A stretch of DNA of 64,000 bases from the NCBI GenBank assembly GCA_965223845.1, contig CBDCXR010000004.1:2240001-2304000 (forward strand), in the 5' to 3' direction. Source of the DNA: Planctomycetota bacterium. GTDB taxonomy: Bacteria; Planctomycetota; UBA8108; SXIK01. Below, piece after piece: positions 59,325 to 64,000 of the stretch; positions within the stretch are counted from its first letter, which is position 1, and each line of letters starts with the position of its first letter. Both the position numbers and the translations under genes were made by a program. The notes under the pieces are model-generated. The model ran no database searches. It saw only the letters and a program-made list of their open reading frames with translations, and was not told the origin of the DNA.

Positions 59325-59341
59325 ATTGTCACCATGACAAT
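59325..59341. promoter_or_regulatory. palindromic operator candidate for the MocR regulator
   Basis: ATTGTCA-CCA-TGACAAT perfect inverted repeat overlapping the regulator ATG, in an AT-rich divergent promoter region. Confidence 0.65.
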
Positions 59342-60731
59342 TTGGACTCCGGATCTCTCGAGGTCGACGGGACCCAAGTACCGACGGCTCGCCGACGCGC
59401 TGATCCGTGCGATCAGCGATGGCGAGCTCGCGCCGGGAACTCGCCTCCCGACGCAGCGCGAACTCGCGATTCGATTGGGGGTCACCGTCGGAACGGTTGG
59501 GCGTGCGTACGACGAAGTGCGCGAGCGAGGTCTGATCTCGGGCGAGGTCGGTCGCGGGACCTTTGTCCGAGACGGCAGGCCGGAGGAGCTCTGGGAATCC
59601 GATCCGTTCCATCTGGAGACCACCGAGAGCGAGACCATCCATCTCGCGCTCGACCTGCCCGTTCGCGGCGAGCTCGAAGCGCAGCTCAGCGAGTGCTTGA
59701 GTCGCTTCGCCAAACGACCGGGCGCCGCCTGGATCTATCACCCCTCCGGCGGCACGGCACCTCAGCTTCGGGCCGCGTCGGCGTGGATCGCCGAAACAGC
59801 GGGGCTCGACGTCGCGTCCGACGAAATCGTGATCACGAACGGCGCGCAGCAAGCCGTTCTCGTCGCGCTCTCCTCGACGGCGACATCGGGCGACGTGGTT
59901 CTGTCGGCCAACCTCGTCTATCCCGGCATGACCGCTGCGGCTCGATGGCTCGGCCTGAAGCTCGAAGGCGTCGCGCTCGACGAGAGCGGACTCGTTCCCG
60001 CTGCGCTCGAGGAAGCGTGCCGTCGCCACCGACCGCGCGTGCTCTATTGTCTTCCGACACTTCAGAATCCGACCGGCGCGACGATGCCCGAAGAGCGGCG
60101 GCAGGCGATTCTCGATCTCGCGATCGCTCACGATCTCGCGATCGTTGAAGACGACACCTACCGGTTCCTCGCGCCAGACGCACCGGCCCCGATCGCGAGC
60201 CGCGGGCGAGGACGCGTTTGGTACCTGACGACGCTTTCAAAGAGCGTCTCGCCCGGTCTGCGGATCGGGTTTCTGTGTCCCCCCGCGGACGAATCTGCGC
60301 GCGCTCGTAGCGCAGTGATGGCGACCACCTGGACCGCCCCTCCCCTCACCGCCGAGTTGGCGCGCGCCTGGGTCGAAGACGGCACGGCCCGGACGGCGGC
60401 TGTCTGGCGACTCGAAGAGGCGAAGCGGCGCCGACAGATCGCTCGTCGCCATCTCGACGATTTCGTCGACCTCGATCACTCTGAACACGCCCTCCAACTC
60501 TGGATCAGCACGCCTGAACCCTGGCGTGCTGCCGACTTTGTGGACGCCGCGCGCCGCCGCGGAGTGCTCGTCACATCACCAGAGCCCTTCGTCGTCGGTC
60601 GCGCGCCCGCGCCCCACGCGGTTCGCGTCTGCTTGGGATCGCCGCCCGACGACGCGTCGCTCGAGCGAGGCCTGAAAATCGTCGCGGAGTTGCTGCGCGA
60701 CGGCGAAGGGGGGCGAGCGGAGGTGATCTGA
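59334..60731 (+). CDS. MocR/GabR family transcriptional regulator (GntR HTH + PLP aminotransferase-like domain)
   Basis: KYRRLAD..GTRLPTQRELA..TVGRAY..GEVGRGTFV, QNPTG, VEDDTY and TLSKSVSPGLRIG. Confidence 0.93.
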   Translation: MTIWTPDLSRSTGPKYRRLADALIRAISDGELAPGTRLPTQRELAIRLGVTVGTVGRAYDEVRERGLISGEVGRGTFVRDGRPEELWESDPFHLETTESETIHLALDLPVRGELEAQLSECLSRFAKRPGAAWIYHPSGGTAPQLRAASAWIAETAGLDVASDEIVITNGAQQAVLVALSSTATSGDVVLSANLVYPGMTAAARWLGLKLEGVALDESGLVPAALEEACRRHRPRVLYCLPTLQNPTGATMPEERRQAILDLAIAHDLAIVEDDTYRFLAPDAPAPIASRGRGRVWYLTTLSKSVSPGLRIGFLCPPADESARARSAVMATTWTAPPLTAELARAWVEDGTARTAAVWRLEEAKRRRQIARRHLDDFVDLDHSEHALQLWISTPEPWRAADFVDAARRRGVLVTSPEPFVVGRAPAPHAVRVCLGSPPDDASLERGLKIVAELLRDGEGGRAEVI

Positions 60732-61030
60732 CCCGCATCGTTTCACGCCCCAGATTCGGGGTGCGCATGGGACGAGGTGATCTCGCCGATCCGCTCCAGC
60801 CCGCGCCTCGAGCCGGCTTCCTCGGGCGACGCGAGGAAGATTCGGAAACGGGAACGAGTACGAGTTCGAGACCCGGGTCCCAGTTTCACCTTGCGCCGAA
60901 CGCCACCCCCTGAGTCCCGGCGAACTCGGATTGTCGCGCTGCTGTACCCACCTCTCGCGTTCGCGCTCCCGAGCGTCGATACTGGCCGGCTCGGATCATC
61001 TCCCTCCGGACGCAACTCACTCCGCCTGCG

Positions 61031-62083
61031 ATGCTCACCCTCGGAATCGAATCGACCTGCGACGAAACCGCGATCGCACTCGTCGAAGACGGCTACCGCG
61101 TCCTCGTCAGCGAGGTGATCTCCCAAATCCCACTTCACGAGCGCTTCGGCGGCGTTGTCCCGGAAGTCGCGAGTCGGGCGCACGCGCAAGTGATCACGCG
61201 GCTCCTCGCGCGTGCACTCGAGAGCGCCGGGATCGCCGACCGGCCGGCCGAGTCGATCGATCTCATCGCCGTTGCGCACCGACCGGGACTCATCGGCTCA
61301 CTCCTCGTCGGCCTCACCGCGGCGAAGTCGCTCGCCCTCGCATGGAACCGGCCGCTCGTCGGCGTCGACCACGTGCACGCGCACATCGGCTCGGTCATCC
61401 TCGAGACGCCGCCGCCTCCCACGCCTCCGCCGGAAGACGCCTACTTCCCCGCGGTGTCCCTCGTCGTCTCGGGTGGACACACCGCGCTCTATCGGAGCGA
61501 CAGCCTCGCCGAGCACCGCCTTCTCGGCGCGACGACCGACGATGCTGCCGGCGAGGCGTTCGATAAGGTCGCCGCACTTCTCGAGCTCGGCTACCCGGGA
61601 GGTCCGGCGATCTCGAAGGCCGCGGCGGAGGGGAACTGCCGCGCGATTCGTTTTCCCCGCACGCTCCTCGGGAGCGAGTCACTCGACTTCAGCTTTTCGG
61701 GGATCAAGACCTCGGTTCGCTATCACGTCAAGGGACAGGACGCCCGGCGCGATGCCCCGCTCCGTCCGACCGTAAACGTGAACGACGTCGCCGCGTCGTT
61801 CGAGCAAGCCGTCGTCGACGTTCTCGTCGAGAAGCTCCGGCGCGCGGTGAGGCGCGAGGCAGTCGACGCGGCGATCGTCGCGGGTGGAGTCGCCGCGAAC
61901 GGGCGCCTTCGCGAGGAGCTCGCGACATTCGCTCGACGCGAGGGGATCGCCGTTCACTACCCAGAACTTCGGTTCTGCACCGACAACGCCGCGATGATCG
62001 CGGCGCTCGGAGCGGCCCTCTACACCCGGGGAAAGAGCGACGACCTCTCTCTCGACGCCTCGCCCATGGTGACCCCGGGTTGA
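61031..62083 (+). CDS. tsaD: tRNA N6-adenosine threonylcarbamoyltransferase
   Basis: LGIESTCDET, GGVVPEVASRAH, HVHAH, VSGGHT, DDAAGEAFDK, FSFSGIKT and CTDNAAMIA. Confidence 0.96.
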   Translation: MLTLGIESTCDETAIALVEDGYRVLVSEVISQIPLHERFGGVVPEVASRAHAQVITRLLARALESAGIADRPAESIDLIAVAHRPGLIGSLLVGLTAAKSLALAWNRPLVGVDHVHAHIGSVILETPPPPTPPPEDAYFPAVSLVVSGGHTALYRSDSLAEHRLLGATTDDAAGEAFDKVAALLELGYPGGPAISKAAAEGNCRAIRFPRTLLGSESLDFSFSGIKTSVRYHVKGQDARRDAPLRPTVNVNDVAASFEQAVVDVLVEKLRRAVRREAVDAAIVAGGVAANGRLREELATFARREGIAVHYPELRFCTDNAAMIAALGAALYTRGKSDDLSLDASPMVTPG

Positions 62084-62104
62084 GTCTTCGCCGTTCGATC
62101 GACC

Positions 62105-62659
62105 TCAGTGATCGTGCTTCTCGAGAACGTCGATCGGAATCGGCGCTTTCGTCTGAATGTCGCGGACGATCTTCATCGTCTCCGAGTCGGGGGCGAACCG
62201 CGCGACGAGAGATTCGGTCACGTCGGTCGTCTCGACTCCGCGCCGGCGGTAGACGAGGTCCCACTTCGAGACGATGAGGTCCACGCCGGCCCGGTCGGCG
62301 ATCGCCGGGATCTCCTTCTCGGTCTTCTTCAGGATCTCGCCGATGGGCCAGACGCCGAAGCTCTGCTTGTGCGTGAGTTCCTGCTGCTCGCGCCCCTGGG
62401 ACTCGAGCGCCGCCGCCCGCTCGGCATCTCCGCTCGACTTCGCATCCTCGTGCTGCTCGTGAAGCTCGCGCATCGCGCGCTTGAACTCTTCCGAACGGTA
62501 GTAGGCGATCGCCACCGCCCGGGAATCGAACGTCCCGACTCGCACCGCCCGTTCGTCGCGATCCTCGGCGCGAAGCTCGGGGGCGGTCACTGCGCACGCG
62601 AGCCCGAGCCCGCCCGCAATCGAGAGCGCCACAATCGCCAGGGCTTGAAGACTTCTCAT
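62105..62659 (-). CDS. secreted Skp/OmpH-like hypothetical protein
   Basis: Signal peptide, RVGTFDSRAV, helical middle, AGVDLIV and DVTESLV. Confidence 0.6.
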   Translation of the reverse strand: MRSLQALAIVALSIAGGLGLACAVTAPELRAEDRDERAVRVGTFDSRAVAIAYYRSEEFKRAMRELHEQHEDAKSSGDAERAAALESQGREQQELTHKQSFGVWPIGEILKKTEKEIPAIADRAGVDLIVSKWDLVYRRRGVETTDVTESLVARFAPDSETMKIVRDIQTKAPIPIDVLEKHDH

Positions 62660-63004
62660 GATTCCACTCCGTCTTTCCGTCCGGTGTTCGCGTTCGCGTC
62701 CCGCCCGACCGCTCGGGCCCCGTGGCCGCGTCCGTCACGGACGACAGGAAACGAATTAAGCAAACGAGTGGCCACACGCGACCTCGCGCCACAATCGGTT
62801 GTGCGAAAGACGCTTACGACCTCGAAGCGAGGATCGCCCATCGCTCCGCGACGTCCTTTGCACCCGAAACGGCACGAATTGTCGTCGCTCGGCGACGATC
62901 TCCGCTGGGAAGCCCGGGCGGCGGCGGATCGCCGATTGTTGCGGCCGCCGCGGGCACGTACGATCAGATCGATCATCGCCTCCGGGAGAGCCCCACGACG
63001 CACC

Positions 63005-63775
63005 ATGGATCCGAAACACCTCCGCGAACTTCTCGAACAGACGCGCTCCGGCGAGCTTCCCATCGAGGAGGCGCTCGAGCGACTCCGCACGCTTCCCTAC
63101 GAAGACCTCGAGCACACGAAGGTCGACCACCACCGCGCCCTCCGCTGCGGGTTTCCCGAGGTGATCTACTGCGCGGGGAAGGAGCCCGCCGACATCGCGG
63201 AGATCGCGGGAAGCATCCTCGCGCGAGCGGCGTTCCTCCTCGCGACGCGCGCAGACGAAGCCGCATTTGATGCGATTCGCTCGGCGTCCGAGGACGCGAT
63301 CTACCATCGCCGCGCGCGCTGCGTGACGGTCGGACGTCCGCGCGGCGAGCCGGTCGGGCGGGCGCTCATCGCCTGCGCAGGAACCGCCGATCTCCCGGTC
63401 GCCGAGGAGGCACGCGTCACCGCCGAGATGGGAGGGACGAACGTCGAGACGCTCTACGACGCCGGAGTGGCCGGGATCCACCGCCTCCTCGCCGGCTCGA
63501 GGAAGATTCAGGAGTCGGACGTAATCGTCGTCGTCGCCGGTATGGAAGGAGCGCTCGCGAGCGTCGTCGGCGGGCTCGCCGACGCTCCGGTGGTTGCCGT
63601 CCCGACAAGCGTGGGCTACGGCGCGAGCTTCGGGGGGATCGCTCCTCTCCTCACGATGCTGAACAGCTGCGCCGCCGGTGTCTCCGTCGTCAACATCGAC
63701 AACGGATTCGGCGCCGGGTACCTCGCCGCGAAGATCGCCACTCGATCGCACGGAAGGTCGAACGCCTCCAGCTGA
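63005..63775 (+). CDS. larB: nickel pincer cofactor biosynthesis protein LarB
   Basis: DHHRALRCGFPEVIYC.GK, AGTADLPVAEEA, GVAGIHRL, AGMEGAL, PTSVGYG and VVNIDNGFGAG. Confidence 0.92.
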   Translation: MDPKHLRELLEQTRSGELPIEEALERLRTLPYEDLEHTKVDHHRALRCGFPEVIYCAGKEPADIAEIAGSILARAAFLLATRADEAAFDAIRSASEDAIYHRRARCVTVGRPRGEPVGRALIACAGTADLPVAEEARVTAEMGGTNVETLYDAGVAGIHRLLAGSRKIQESDVIVVVAGMEGALASVVGGLADAPVVAVPTSVGYGASFGGIAPLLTMLNSCAAGVSVVNIDNGFGAGYLAAKIATRSHGRSNASS

Positions 63776-64000
63776 AGAACCTCTTCGCGCTCGAAGGGCC
63801 GAGAATCCAGTCTCGCTGCGCTCGTTCCGTCTCGATCCGATTTCGACCGCGCTCCCGTCCCCGCGGCGATAAGGTAAAGTTCGTCGGCGACGATCTTCGA
63901 TGAGTACGAAGGCCGCCCGTCGACGAATCGCTCCCGAACGCGCACCGGGGCCGCATGGTTTCGGACCTGTGCGGCGGGCGGTGCGAACCACCAAGCCTCT

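Noticed and set aside
63616-64000. Minus-strand open frame entering from the right edge
   Set aside because: It overlaps larB by 160 bp and has no recognisable motif; cannot be supported without flanking sequence.

Overview
GC-rich window from what is most likely a Planctomycetota genome, judged by the DUF1501 + PSCyt/PSD1 gene pair, fused LpxC-FabZ and rplY-pth-rpsF-ssb-rplI-dnaB gene order. It is mostly core genome: translation genes (frr, pyrH, rpsB, rplI, rpsF, pth, rplY, rpsT, tsaD, tRNA-Glu/Lys/Gln/Phe), envelope genes (glmU, skp, lpxC/fabZ, lpxA, GnnA-like oxidoreductase, rfbD), dnaB/ssb and folE/mutT. Also present: a variant cytochrome c maturation operon (CxxxY CcmE, atypical CcmH, no ccmC/ccmG), lysine catabolism (lat, gcdH-like), lutABC, larB, a MocR regulator/PLP-lyase pair, an FHA-GAF-sigma54 activator next to a lone PrkA ATPase, and secreted proteins of unknown function after tRNA-Phe. 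I saw no CRISPR array, transposase, integrase or rRNA, and I cannot demonstrate a new system from sequence alone. Best leads: (i) tsf cleanly missing from rpsB-pyrH-frr, one of several gaps in conserved operons; (ii) pth has no canonical start codon and may initiate at AUU; (iii) the CcmC-less ccm operon followed by a promoter, a long structured leader or ncRNA and an uncharacterised DUF2203/Zn-ribbon/HWYL-membrane-protein module ending in folE; (iv) the FHA-sigma54/PrkA pair. Product calls come from motif recognition by eye, not database searches, and several start codons were re-picked from the ORF track.
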